Origin: Mobula hypostoma
Taxonomy: Eukaryota
Assembly: GCF_963921235.1 (NCBI RefSeq)
Contig: NC_086097.1
Location: 245,956,001-246,020,000, forward strand
Length of the DNA stretch: 64,000 nt
Direction of reading: 5' to 3'
The notes under the pieces were generated by a model, which ran no database searches, had not been told where the DNA came from, and was given only the letters and a program-made list of their open reading frames with translations. The translations under genes were made by a program, and so were the position numbers. Shown in pieces: positions 50,712-63,620 of this stretch (positions are counted from its first letter, which is position 1; every line of letters starts with the position of its first letter).

Positions 50712-51905
50712 ATCTGGGCCTTCCAATATTCAATAGTTTCAATGAGACCCCCCCACCCCATTCTTCTAAACTCCAGAGCCACCAAAAACTCCACATATGT
50801 TATTGCCTTTCATTCCGCAATCATTACATTTTTATTCGAACTGAGAGAAGCTATAAATAACAAGGCAGGTGCGCGTCAAGTATATATAAACTGGAGCAGA
50901 AAACATTAAACTCAAATTTCTTACACTCTTGCTCTGTTGTTCACACTTTTACCTTTTGAATAATTATCCACCTGGGACAAAGCTCTCCCTCCTCTATCTT
51001 TCTTACACCATTCTCTATTCTACCTCCCCTCTTACCCCTTCTCTTTTCCACACCTGCCCAGCACTTCCCTCGGGTGCCCCTCGTCCTTCCCTTTCTCCCT
51101 TGGTCCAACTTCCTCTCCTACCAGTTTCCTTCTTCTTCAGCCCTTTACCTTTTCCACCAATCACCTCCCAGCTTCTCACTCACCTGGTTTCACCTATCGC
51201 CTGCCAGCTTGTACTCCCCCTCCCCACACCTTCTTACTCTGGCTTCTTTCCCTTTCCTTTCCAGTCCTGATGAAGGGGGTCAGCCTGCTTTGGATAAAGC
51301 ACTCCGAAGAGTTTGATTTTTCTTTCTATTATGATCAAAATTACTTTGCAATCTCATGGTGGAGGGAAAGTCTGAAGGCAACACCTCTGCCCCAAGCTTG
51401 GCAAAGCATATCAACTGGTGGGAAGTCATAGAACATTGCTGGAAACTACGTATTAAATCCCACTACCCTATTCAAAATTCAAAGTAAATTTGTTATCGAT
51501 GTGCATATACCATAAACAACCTCGAGATTCATTTTCTTCCAGCGACCCACCAGGAAAACAAAGTAGCGTTGTGGATAGCACAACACTTTACAGTACCAGT
51601 GACCCATGTTCAATTGCCACTGCTGCCTGCTGTAAGGAGTTTGTACGTTCTCCCTGTGACTGCGTGGGTTTCCTCCGGGTGCTCCGGTTCCCTCCCACAG
51701 TCCGATGATGTACCAGTTGGTAGGTTAATTGGTCCTTGTAAATTAGCCGGTGATTGGTCCAGTTAAATCTGAGGTGAATGGAGCCAGTCCAGGAGCCCGA
51801 TGGCTGTAGGGCAACAACAGCTCACAAACCTGGCGGCGGTGTGTGAACCCACCCAATGGGAGTCGCAAGAAAACAGGACAAACGCAGGCATACGGGACGG
51901 GTCAT

Positions 51906-52290
51906 AAACACAAGAGATTCTGCAGATGCAGGAAATCTTGAGCAACACACAGAAAATGCTGGTGGAACTCTGCAGGTCAGGCAGCATCCGTGGAGGGGGA
52001 ATATTGACTGTTTATTCCCCTCCATAGATGCTGCCTGATTTTAAAAATGCTAACACGAGGAAATCTGCAGATGCTGGAATTTCAAGCAGCACACATAAAA
52101 GTTGCTGGTGAACGCAGCTTAAATCTCTTACTAGCTCTTCTTTCAGTTGGTCCTGATGAAGGGTCTCGGCCTGAAATGTCGACTGTACCTCTTCCTAGAG
52201 AAGCTGCCTGGCCTGCTGCGTTCACCAGCAACTTATATGTGTTGCTGCCTGATTTGCTGAGTTCCTCCAGCATTTTGTGTGTGTGTTACC
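51906..52290. mobile_element. two nested Penelope-derived repeats
   Basis: A younger copy (52042-52246) is flanked by the 13-bp repeat tgctgcctgattt (52029-52041, 52243-52255) inside an older copy. Confidence 0.8.
52149..52185 (+). ncRNA. minimal type I hammerhead ribozyme motif with intact core
   Basis: ggtc-CTGATGA-agg gtctcgg cct-GAAA-tGTC-gact. Stem I is ggtc/gact, stem II is agg/cct, and the predicted cleavage is after GUC at 52180. Confidence 0.7.
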
Positions 52291-52822
52291 CCACAATCTT
52301 ATTTGTTGACTGCCTTTTTTTTTAAAAAATATAGACAATTCTTGCTGCTAGGTACAGGATTGCGATACAAAGAGTGTGTCTATTTGTCTCGGAGAGCTGA
52401 CATTTCTGAGATAGCCCAGCTATCAGTTGGTCGCATTGTTGGCAGAAGAGGAGGCACCCAATAAGATTCAGCAAGTGAATCTCATCACAGTGACCCTGCT
52501 CGAACACTGTCTTAATGTAAGTATTCCATGGGAATGGAGGATGGGAGTTGCTTCAAGGTCGCCAAAAGACTTGTTTACTGATCAGCCCATGATGCAAAGC
52601 CTTTTTTTTTCCCAAACTTAAAGCGAAAGCAACTGCTCAGAACTTTTAAGATCCTTTGTTGACTTGTGGCATATCTACAACAGTGGGTGGGGATAGGGAG
52701 GAATCAGCAAAGAATTTATACGCTTATTCTAAAGAAGTCATTGCTCTCCAGAGCTTAGCAACAATAAAGCACAGAAGTAACATTTTTGAAATCCAACTCT
52801 TTTCTTTGTCTATTGAAATAGA

Positions 52823-53826
52823 TACAGTGGCCACTTTATTAGGTACACCTGTACACTTGCTCACTAATGCAAATATCTAATCAGCCAAGCACATGGCAAA
52901 AACGCAATGCATAAAAGCATGCAGACATGGTCAAGAGATTCAGTTGCTGTTCAGACTAGACATCAGAATGGGGAAGAAATGTGACCTAGGTGGCTTTGAC
53001 TGTGGAATGGATTGTTGATGCCAGATGGTTTGAGTATCTCAGAAACTGCAGATCTCAGGGATTTTCACGTAGAACAATCTCTAGAGTTTACAGAGAATGG
53101 TGTGAACAACAAATAAACATCCAGTGAGTGGCGTTTGAGGGTGAAAACGGCTTGTTAACGATATGTCTATCCATGGCCGCCTCCACTGTCATGATGGGGC
53201 CACACTTAGGCTGGAGGAACAACGTCTTGTAATCCATCTTGGTAGCCTCTAACCTGAAGGCATGAACATCGATTTCTTGGACTTCTGGTAATGCCTCTCT
53301 TCACCATTTCCCATCTCCTTTTCCCTCTTTCACACCTTATCTCCTTGCCCACCCATCGCCTTCCTGTGGTGTTCCTCCCCCCTCTTCTTTCTTCCATGGC
53401 CTTCTGCCTCTTTCACCCAGCTCTTTACTTCATCACCTATCACCTTCTGTTTGTCTCCTCCCCCCAAGTTTTAAATGTACTCCTCAGCTTTTTTTCTCTA
53501 GTCCTGCTGAAGGATCTCAGCCCGAAACATCAACTGTACCTTTTTCCATAGATGCTGCTGCCTGGCCTGCTGCAGCATTTCGTGTGTGTAGCTCAGACTT
53601 CCAGCATCTGTCGATTTTTTCTTGTTTGTTTATGAGAGACAAGAGGGGAGATTGACCAGACTGGTTCAAGGCGACAGTAACTCAAATAGCCACGTGTTAC
53701 GACAGTGGTGTGCAGAAAAACATCTCTGAATGGGCTACAGCAACAGAAGATCATACCAGGTTCCACTCCTGTGGACATTTTATTAGGGACCCTCCTGTAC
53801 CTCATAAAGTGGCCAGTGAGTGCGTA
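52823..53826 (+). mobile_element. internally deleted Tc1-like element (family of 9239-11706), interrupted by a Penelope fragment
   Basis: tacagtggccactttattaggtacac ... ataaagtggccagtgagtgcgta; MGKKCDLGGFDCGM-like N-terminus. Confidence 0.8.
53162..53630 (+). mobile_element. Penelope-like element 3' end
   Basis: LHCHDGATLRLEEQRLVIHLGSL*PEGMNIDF (PLE ORF C-terminus), a pyrimidine tract, and a degenerate hammerhead ctgctgaaggatctcagcccgaaacatc. Confidence 0.8.
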
Positions 53827-54267
53827 TTGAAGCAGGCTTCTGGGACATCAGGGGCCCGTCATCGGTCAGGTCAAAAAGATAAAGATTAACTATCTTGGCC
53901 ACATGAACAAATCACTTTTCTTGGGACACAGACCCCTGCAAGGCAGTGTCCGCCTGTACAAAGGTTGCAGCCAAAAGAGATGAGGAGAAGGAAATGAAAG
54001 CATTTTAAAGATTAGGTTTATTTGTTGCATGTACATCAAAGCCTTGAAACATACAATGAATCGCATTTGCATCAAGAAACTGTCCAGTTCACTGATGCTT
54101 GCAGGGTGACAATCAGCTAAGCCATCTACACGGAGCACTGCCACAGGAAAGCAGCGTCCATCATCAGGGACCCCCACCACCCAGGCCAGGCTCTCTTCTT
54201 GCTGCTGCCATCCGGAAGAAGGCATGGCAGCCTCAGGTCCCACACCACCAGATTCAGGAGCAGTACA

Positions 54268-55047
54268 GAGAGGAAATGCATGGTGCAAAGACAATAACCT
54301 ATCCCTCAATGTCAGCAAGACAAAGGAATTGGTTGTTGACTTCAGAAGGAGTAGCAGACCGCACGACCCCATTTACATCGGTGGTGCCCAAGTGGAACAG
54401 GTCAAAAGCTTTAAGTTCCTCGGGGTCAATATCACAAGTGACCTGACTTGGTCCAGCCAAGCAGAGTTCACTGCCAAGAAGGCCCACCAGCACCTTTACT
54501 TCCTGAGGAAGCTAAAGAAATTTGGCCTGTCCCCTAAAACCCTCACTAATTTTTATAGATGCACCGTAGAAAGACCGGAAGAAGCTGCAGAAGATCGTGA
54601 ACACGGCGCAGCACATCACACAAACCAATCTTCCGTCCTTGGACTCACTTTACACCGCATGCTGTCGGAGCATTGCTGCCAGGATAATCAAGGACACGAC
54701 CCACCCAGCCAACACACCTTTCGTTCCTCTTCCCTCCGGGAGAAGGCTCAGGAGCTTGAAGACTCGTATGGCCAGATTTGGGAACAGCTTCTTTCCAACT
54801 GTGATAAGACTGCTGAACGGATCCTGACCCGGATCTGGGCCGTACCCTCCAAATATCCGGACCCGCCTCTCGGTTTTTTTTGCACTACTTTGCTTTCCTT
54901 TTTCTATTTTCTATTTATGATTTATAATTTAAATTTTTAGTATTTACTATCGATTTGTACTCCAGGGAGCGCAAAGTGCAGAATCAAATATCGCTGTGAT
55001 GATTGTACGCTCTAGTATCAGTTGTTTGGCCACAATAAAGTAAAGTA
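54268..55047 (+). mobile_element. Rex1/Babar-type LINE 3' fragment
   Basis: WCKDNNLSLNVSKTKELVVDFRR...FKFLGVNITSDLTW...KKAHQHLYFLRKLKKFG; tail aataaagtaaagta. A minus-strand UTR copy lies at 62025-62230. Confidence 0.9.
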
Positions 55048-55754
55048 CCCTTCAACCATCAGGCTCCTGATCCAGTGTGGATAACTTCTCTCACCCCAAC
55101 TCTGAGCTGATTCCACAACCTGTGGATTCAGAATCAGGTTTAATATCACCGGCAGATGTTGTGAAATTTGTTGTTTTGCACCAGCAGTACATTGCAATGC
55201 ATAGTAATAAAACTATAAATTACAGCGAGGCTTACTGTATTGTCTACAATAGGAATATCTAAAGATTTCCCTTAGAGCTACTCACACTAGTTGCCTTGTT
55301 AATGTGAAGGACTCTGCAACTCAAGTTCTCAGCATTCATTCAATTTTTTCTTTCTTTGTCTTTCTTTTTTTTGTATTGGTTACACATTGATTGATTGTGT
55401 AGATTTTTTGCCATACATAGAAAAGCACAGCACAGAAACAGGCCTTTCAGCCCATCTAGTCGACTCCTGAACCATTTAAACTGCCTACCCCCATCGACCT
55501 GCAGCGTGTGTAGTTTTTTTTTTAAAAACATAGATTCATTGCATTTCTTGGTTTTCCTGCAAATGCCCGCAAGAAAATGGATCTCAAGGTAGGTTACGGT
55601 GACATATGTGTACTTCCATAATGAATTTATTTTGAATTTTGAACTTCTTACGGAGAGAGAAAAATGGGGTTAAAAACAGTTGTGAAAAGTAAGTTCCTGG
55701 AGGATCGGCCATTTGTTTAATTGCAACCCTGAATTTCTTTATTCTGATGATAAG

Positions 55755-56070
55755 TGTCTCCCATCCACTACATAATGTACTGGGTGGGCACAGGAGTACA
55801 TTCAGCCAGAGACTCATTCCATCGAGATGCAACACTGAGCGTCATAGGAAGTCATTCCTGCCTGTGGCCATCAAACTTTACAACTCCTCCCTTGGAGGGT
55901 CAGACACCCTGAGCCGATAGGCTGGTCCTGGACTTATTTCATAATTTACTGGCATAATTTACATATTACTATTTAACTATTTATGGTTTTATTACTATTA
56001 TTTATGGTGCAACTGTAACAAAAACCAATTTCCCCCGGGATCAATAAAGTATGACTATGACCACTATGAC
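55755..56070 (+). mobile_element. Rex1/Babar-type 3' end (family of 22908)
   Basis: Near-identical to 23097-23405. Confidence 0.9.
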
Positions 56071-58584
56071 TAAATACGAAAGTTCAGCCATTTTGCTGTC
56101 GCCAGTCCTGAAACTTACTTTCATTCCGATGAAGATTTGGCACCTGACAAGACTGACAGTGGTTTTAGTCAACAAAGACTGAAGATGGCAAAACGTATAA
56201 CTTAATGCATGTCTATTGCGGCTCACCTTTTAACTTCATGCTTTTGTCTGCCAAAGCAGAAGTTAGATATTATTAACATTTATGTTGCACTCTGGCCAAC
56301 ATCAAGGCTGGCAGAGCAGCAGTGGGTAGACTTGACTGGAACTTTCATAAAATACAGTACATGACAGTATAGTTTAGGCCATGATGTTGTGCCAACTTTT
56401 TAAATCTACTCTAAGTTCAGTTTAACCCTTCCCTCAAACATTGCCCTCCATTCTCTGTCATCTGTGGTTCTATCTAATAGTTTCCCAATGTCTCTGATGC
56501 ATCTGTCTCTACCACCACCTCTGGCAGGGCATTTCATGCTCCCACCAACTCTGACATTCCCCCTATACTTGCCTCTGATCACCATAAAATTACACCCCAT
56601 CATATCAGACATTTCTGCCCCGGCTGTCCACTATGCTTGATAGCTGCCTCTTATCAGCCTGTACTCCTCTTTCAAGTATCCTCTGATCCTCCTTCGCTCC
56701 AGAAAGAAAAGCCCTGGCTCAGTCAACTTAAACATGCTCTCCAATCCAGGCAGCATCCTGGTAAATCTCCTCCGCACCCTCTCCAAAGCTTCCACATCCT
56801 TTCTACGATGAGGCGACCAGAACGCAACACGATATTCCATGTGCGGTCTAATCTACAATGTCACCTCTCAGCTCTTGAACTCAATTCCCCGACTAATGAA
56901 GGCCAACACACTATGAAGTTCATAAACATATGAGATTCCGCAATTGCCCGAAATCCAGAGCAACACACACAAAATATTGGAACTCAGCAGGTCAGGCAGC
57001 ATCTGTGGAGGGGAATAGACGACAGTGAATTTTTATCAGGACCGGAAAGGAAGCAGGTAGAAGCCAGAATAAGAGTTTGAGGGAGAGGAAGGAGTACAAG
57101 CCGGAAGGTGATAGGAGAGACCAGGTGAGGGGGAAGGTGGGTAGGTGATGGTGGTGGGGGGTGAATTTAGAAACTGGCTGGTAATAGGTGGAAAAGCTAA
57201 TACAAGAGGCGAGTGGAGCATGGAAGAAAGGAAAGGAGAAGGGGCTACAGAGGGAGGGGATGGGCTGGTGAGGAGAAGAGGTGAGAGGAGAGTCTGATAC
57301 AAACTGAGACTATCCAGACCCTCACATAAGGGAATCACTCCATCTCTAGACAGCCTCCTGGTCAATCCCTTCTGCATGCTGTCCACTAAAATCATATCCT
57401 TCACGTAATGCGGGACCAGAACTGCACCCAACGTTCCAGCAACAATCTAACTAAAGTTTATTGATTTCATTTGCCATTCACTTCTACATGCCTTAGCAAA
57501 TTGCTATAGTGTGTCAGTCAGGGTGTGTTATGCAGCAAAAAAATGACAACATTGGACGATTATACAGAATAATGAATAACATAAAAATAAAGGTAGAAGC
57601 ACAGATGAGTAAAACAAGTATAAATACATAAATACCAGCATGTAAACAACATTATAAAAGATCCTGAGGAAGGGTCTCGACCCGACATATCGACTGTTTA
57701 TTCATTTTCAGAGATGCTCTCCGACCTGCTGAGTTCTTCCAGCATTTTGTGTGTATTTCCAGCTCTGGATTTCCAGCATCTGCAGAATCTCTTGAATTGA
57801 TGATTTAAAAAAAATGGTTTAAAGTGTTGACAGTGCAGTGCAGTAACTGAGGTAGACAGAGATGAGTGGAGGGCTAACTAGAATGGTTAATCAGATTAAC
57901 TGCCCCAGGGAAGAAACCTTCAAGATGGTGTGAAGTTCGTGTGTTAATAGCCCTGTAGCGCTTTCCCAAAGGGAGCTTTTGGAAAAGGCTGTTTTCAGGG
58001 TGGATAGAGTCTGCCATTAATTTTCCTGCCCATTTCTATCTCCTGGACAGATACCAGTCTGGCAGTGATGGGAGACTGCAGCCAATGACCTTTTCTGCTG
58101 ACCTGACAGTCACTGTAGCTTTTGTACATTCTGAGAGGGTGCTGCGCCAAACCAGACAGTGATGGCTGATATGAGGATGCTCCCTGTGGAGGCAGTGTAG
58201 AAGATTTAGATTGTTGTATCATAACCTCCCTTCACTGTAGCTCAGCAGATAGCACAACACTGTTACAGCTTGAGGTGTTCTGGAGTTTGGAGTTCAATTC
58301 CAGCGTCCTCCGTAAGGAGCCTCTATACGTCCTCCCTGTGGAATGTGTGCCTTTTCTCTGGGTCCTCCGGTTCCCTCCCACAGACCTCTGGGTAGGTTAA
58401 CTGGTTATTGTCAATTGTCCCATGATTCTGTTAGGGGTAATCAGGTTAGTTAGGTGTTGCTGGAGCAGAGTGCCTCGGGGGCAGGGGGGGGGGCTCTCTG
58501 CTCTTTACTGCTAAATGAAAATATAACTATTATGTTCTGAAGCCCAGCTGATGAAGGATGGTTTGGAGTATAGAAGGTTGAGAT

Positions 58585-58980
58585 TAGAGTGTAGAAGGTT
58601 GAGAGGGGACTTGATAGAGGTGTTTAAAATTATGAAGGGGATTGATAGAGTTGACATGGATAGACATTTTCCATTGAGAGGTAGGGAGATTCAAACAAGA
58701 GGACATGAGTTGAGAGTTAAAGGGCAAAAGTTTAGGGGTAACATGAGGGGAACTTCTTTACTCAGAGTGGCAGCTGTGTGGAACGAGCTTCCAGCAGAAG
58801 TGGTTGAGGCAGATTTGATGTTGTCATTTAAAGTTCGGTTGGGTAGATAGATGGACAGGAAGGGAAAGGAGGGTTATGGACTGAGTGCAGGTCGGTGGGA
58901 CTAGGTGAGAGTAGGAGTTCGGCACGGACTAGAAGGGCCGAGATGGCCTGTTTCTGTGCTGTAATTGTTATATGGTTATA
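58585..58980 (+). mobile_element. CR1 3' fragment (family of 44086)
   Basis: LECRRLRGDLIEVFKIMKGIDRVD; tail ttatatggttata. Confidence 0.88.
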
Positions 58981-59209
58981 CGGCTATAAATCTCCTTCAC
59001 TACCTCATTTACCTGTATTGACACTTTCAGGGATCCTTTCACTTCGTCCCTCTGTTCTAATCTGGGACACTCAGAACATTTGAGGTGCTGGACTGCCAAC
59101 ATTTCCAGACTATTACTAATATCCAAAAACATACTTAATTACATTTCTATAGATAGCATATGGCAGAATTACATAGAAGTTGGTATAAACAGTGTAATGA
59201 TTATGCACA

Positions 59210-59690
59210 CGCAGTGGTCCCTTGCACAACTGCTTGTTAATGCAAATATCTAATCAGCCAATCATGTGCAGCAATTTAATGCATAAAAGTATGCAGACAT
59301 GGTCAAGAGGTTCAGTTGTTGTTCAGACCAAGCATTAGAACAGGGAAGAAATATGATCCAAGTGACTTTGACTGTGGAATGATTGTTGGTGTCAGATGGG
59401 GTACCTCAGAAACTGCTGATCTCCGGAGATTTTCAGACACAACAGTGTCTGGAGTTTACTGAGAATGGTGCAAGAAACAAAGAGCATCCAGTGAGTGGCA
59501 GTTCTGTGGGTGAAAATGCCTTGTTAACGAGAGAGGGTCAGAGGAGAACGGCCAGACTGGTTCAAGCTGACAGTAACTCAAATAACCACGCGTTACAACA
59601 GTGGCGTGCAGAAGAGCATCTCAGAACGCACAGCACATCAGACCTTCAAACGGATGGGCTACAGCAGCAGAAGACTGCGAACATGCAGTG
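59210..59690 (+). mobile_element. Tc1-like deleted element (family of 9239 and 52823)
   Basis: Colinear with 52870-53160 and 11225-11640. Confidence 0.8.
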
Positions 59691-60187
59691 CCTCATTACA
59701 ACCTTGCACATTACTGTTGTCCTGCACTTTCTCTAACTGTAAACACTTCCTGTTACACTGTTAATATTTTAATTGCTCCATGCATTGTGGAATGAATCGA
59801 CATATACGAAGGCAAGTTTTTTGCTGTATTTTTGTACACGTGACAATAATAAAATAATTGACTACAACGATTCACCAATAAAACACAACAAGGGTTCAGG
59901 CCATGTGTACACTCCGATGAACATCCAGACTTTGGGCCTCAATCTGGTGGCTATACTCAGTGCTTCATCCAGGATAGGAATCAGAATAAGCATCAGGTTT
60001 ATTATCTCTGTCATGTACGACGTGAAATTTTATTGTTTTTCAGCAGCAGTGGAGTGCAAAGATAAAATTACTATGAATTGCAAAAATACATAAATAATGC
60101 AAAAAGAGGAATAATGAGCAGGGATTCATGAACAGTTCAGAAATCTGATGGTGAAGAAGAAACTGTTCCTAGAATGTTGAGTTGTTA

Positions 60188-60499
60188 ATAAAGGCATCCG
60201 TTAGTCTTGCGAGATCATGGATCTGCGCCTGGAAAGTCTTCACTCTCCAGGGCGCAGGCCTGGGCAAGGTTGTATGGAAGGCCAGCAGTTGCCCATGCTG
60301 CAAGTCTCCCCTCTCCACGACACCAATGTTGTCCAAGGGAAGGGCATTAGGACCCATACAGCTTGGCACCAGTGTCGTTGCAGAGCAATGTGTGATTAAG
60401 TGTCTCGCTCAAGGACACAACACGTTCCTTCGGCTGGGACTCGAACTCACGACCTTCAAGTAGCTAGTCCAATGCCTTAACCACCTGGCCACGTGCCCA
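60188..60499 (-). mobile_element. full-length tRNA-headed CORE-type SINE with RTE-related tail
   Basis: On the minus strand: A-box TGGCCAGGTGG, B-box GTTCGAGTC, CORE-like tgtgtccttgagc.agacacttaa. 8-bp TSD agttgtta (60180-60187, 60500-60507). Confidence 0.85.
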
Positions 60500-60679
60500 A
60501 GTTGTTATGAGATCACCATTTTCATTATGTGCCATGTCGTATGACGTTTGTGATGGCGGTCTTCCATCTGGTCTTAATCTGAAAAACCCATTCACACTGT
60601 TCTTATTCTTCTCTCTATCCATGACCATGATTGTCCTTACACCACCATCAAGAGCACTTACTGTGCTGTCCCACACCCG

Positions 60680-61520
60680 CACACTGGCAGGTCTGATCAC
60701 CTGGCTATACTTCTACTCCCAGCGTACAGGTAGAGACTCAGGACCAGAGCACTGGTGGTGATGACTACCAAGGTATGGTCAGGGGAGGCGGAGGAGCACT
60801 TCAAACCGGTAGGCTGGATTATATTCAGGAACTCATCTTCAGATCAGGATGAATATGCCACAGCTATCACTGGCTCCACCAAGACCGGTGTGGATGAGCG
60901 TGCGCCTTTGAGAACGTGCCGTGTGCAATCAAATCATGAAGCCCAGGATAAACCTGGAGACTTGCTGAGGCTTAGATTCGTGCAATTCAGGACTGGTGAT
61001 CCAGAATCCTACAAAGAAGTCCAGATACAACCTATGGAAGGCCAACATGAGAGTGAAGAAGCATTTCCGTGTGAAGTTAGAGACACGATCAGATGCAGGT
61101 CAGTTCTGGCAGGGTTTGCGGGCCATTATTTCATATAAGGCAAAACCTTAGAGTATAAATGGCTATGATCCTTCACTCCCCAATGAGCCTGGAACCATTA
61201 CTTTGAAAGGGAGAATAACACCTCACCTGTGCGAATCCCCACAAGATCCTTTACCCTGATGCTACTGTGATCTGTCTTTCCAAGGCCAGTGTCAGATCAT
61301 CTTTCAAGAGGTGAACTCTAGTAAGGTGACAAGCCCAGTTGGTGTCCCTGGTAGGGCTCCGAAAACCTATGCTGGCTACCTTGCTCACGGATATCTTCAG
61401 TCTCTCACTGCTGCGGTCTGAGTTACCCACCTGCTTCAAAAGGGCCTCAGTCAAACTGGTCCCATGGTGAGCTGCCTCAATGACTATTGCCTGGTATCAC
61501 TTGCATCTACTCTGATGAAT
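60680..61520 (+). mobile_element. decayed Rex1/Babar-type ORF interior
   Basis: DEYATAITG..KTGVDE, TDIFSLSLLRSELPTCFKRAS and CLNDY remnants. Confidence 0.7.
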
Positions 61521-62607
61521 GGCATGAATGGCTTGGTTTGGCAACTGTTTTACCCATCACCATAAGAAACTAACTCTCAAGCAAACAAGTGCAGGCCTTT
61601 AAGCAGACAAAAGTACATCACCATAGCCAGAAGCAAGACACCCTTTCAATCTTATTGACATCTTTCCTGTAGGTAGATGACCAAAACTGCACACAATACC
61701 CCAAATCTGGCCTCACCAATGTCTTATACAACTTCAGCAAAACATCCCATTTCCTGTACTCAGTACTTTGATTTATGAAGGCTAATGTGCTGAAAGCTTT
61801 CTTTCCAACCCTATCTACCGCTACTTTCAAGGACTTATGGATCAGTTTTCCCAGATCCCTCAAAATGGTTTACCTCGTCTGATAAAATGGACTCTTGCAT
61901 TCACAATCTACCTCGTTATGATCTTGCACTTTATTGTTCACCTGCACTGCATTTCCTTCGCAGCTTTTACACCTTATTCTGGATTGTTATTGATTTCTCT
62001 TGTTCTAGCACAACACACTGGGTAATACTTTACACTGTATTGTTGCCAAACAATTGGTACTAGAACGTACAATCATCACAGCGATATTTGATTCTGCACT
62101 TCACACTCCCTGGATTACAAATATTAAAAATTAAAAATAGTTAAAATCAGTAAATATTAAAAAATTTAAATTATAAATCATAAATAGAAAATAGAAAAAT
62201 GGGAAGTAAGATAGTGCAAAAAAAAAACCGATCTGATCTGTATGAACAAAGACAAGATTTTCACCGTGCATGGAACACAGAACATAGAAATCTACAGCAC
62301 ATTACAAGTCCTTTGGCCCACAACATGTGCCGACGTGTAACCTACTCCAGAATTTCCCTACTGAATAGCCCTCTATTTTTCTAAGGTCCATGTACCTATC
62401 TTAGAAGATAACAATAAACCAATTCCGGTACCTGAAGTTACAATAGAATCTAGATCAACTGATAAAGTGGGTAAGGGAAAGGAAGTGGAACTTGACTCAA
62501 ACAAGCAAGAATTTATGAAATGGAAAGTTAAGCCAGGGCAGGACATACACAGTAAATGAGAGAGCCCTGAGGAAAGTTGCAGAACAGACACTTAGTGGTA
62601 TAAATCT

Positions 62608-63165
62608 CGTGGTACAAAGCCGTCTCTATTTCCTGAGGAGACTGAGGTCCTTTAACATCTGCCGAACAATGCTGAGGATGTTCTATGAGTCTGTGGTGGC
62701 CAGTGCTATCATGTTTGCTGTTGTGTGCTGGGGCAGCAGGCTGAGGGTAGCAGACACCAACAGAATCAACAAACTCATTCGTAAAGCCAGTGATGTTGTG
62801 GGGATGGAACTGGACTCTCTGATGGTGGTGTCTGAAAAGAGGATGCTGTCCAAGTTGCATTCCATCTTGGACAATGTCTCCCATCCACTACATAATGTAC
62901 TGGTTGGGCACAGGAGACATTCAGCCAGAGACTCATTCCACTGAGATGCAACACAGTGTCATAGGAAGTCATTCCTGCCTGTGGCCATCAAACTTTACAA
63001 CTCCTCCCTAGGAGGGTCAGACACCCAGAGCTGGTCCTGGACTTATTTCCTGGCATAATTTATATATTACTATTTAACTATTTATGGTTTTATTACTATT
63101 TAATTATTTATGGTGCAACTGTAACGAAAACCAATTTCTCCTGGGATCAATAAAGTATGACTATT
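62608..63165 (+). mobile_element. Rex1/Babar-type 3' end (family of 22908)
   Basis: QSRLYFLRRLRSFNICRTMLRMFYESVVASAIMFAVVCWG. Confidence 0.9.
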
Positions 63166-63264
63166 ACCATTTTGTGGGCCTTGCTCTTGAGGTACTACTT
63201 TAGATAAAATAATAACTGAATGCAGGAAAGTGCAAAGCAGGTAGTCATGATGGTACACAAGGGG

Positions 63265-63620
63265 TTCTGCAGATGCTGTATGTCTTCAGCAACACACAGA
63301 GGAAATGTTGGAGGAACTCAACAGGCCAGGCAGCATCTATCAAAGGGAATAAACAATCGATGTTTTGGGTTGAGACTCTTCATCCAGACTGGAACAGAAA
63401 GGGGGACAGGAACCAGAATAGGAAGGTGAGGGAGGGGAAGGAGTACCGGCTGGCAGGTGATAGGTGTGACCAGGTGAGGGGGGGGGGAAGGTGGGTGGAT
63501 AGGGGAGGGGTGATGAAGTAAGAAGCTTGGAGGTGATAGGTAGAAGAGGTGAAGGACTGAGGAAGAAGGAATCTGATAGGAAAAGAGTGGACGAAAGGGA
63601 AGTAAGATTAGACAATAAGG
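63265..63620 (-). mobile_element. Penelope-derived pseudo-LTR remnant
   Basis: ttctgcagatgctg...gaggaactca.caggccaggcagcatc followed by a purine-rich tract, as at 40805 and 56950-57290. Confidence 0.7.

Noticed and set aside
60425..60499. tRNA gene
   Set aside because: It has A/B boxes but continues into a SINE body bounded by a TSD, with no proper acceptor stem.
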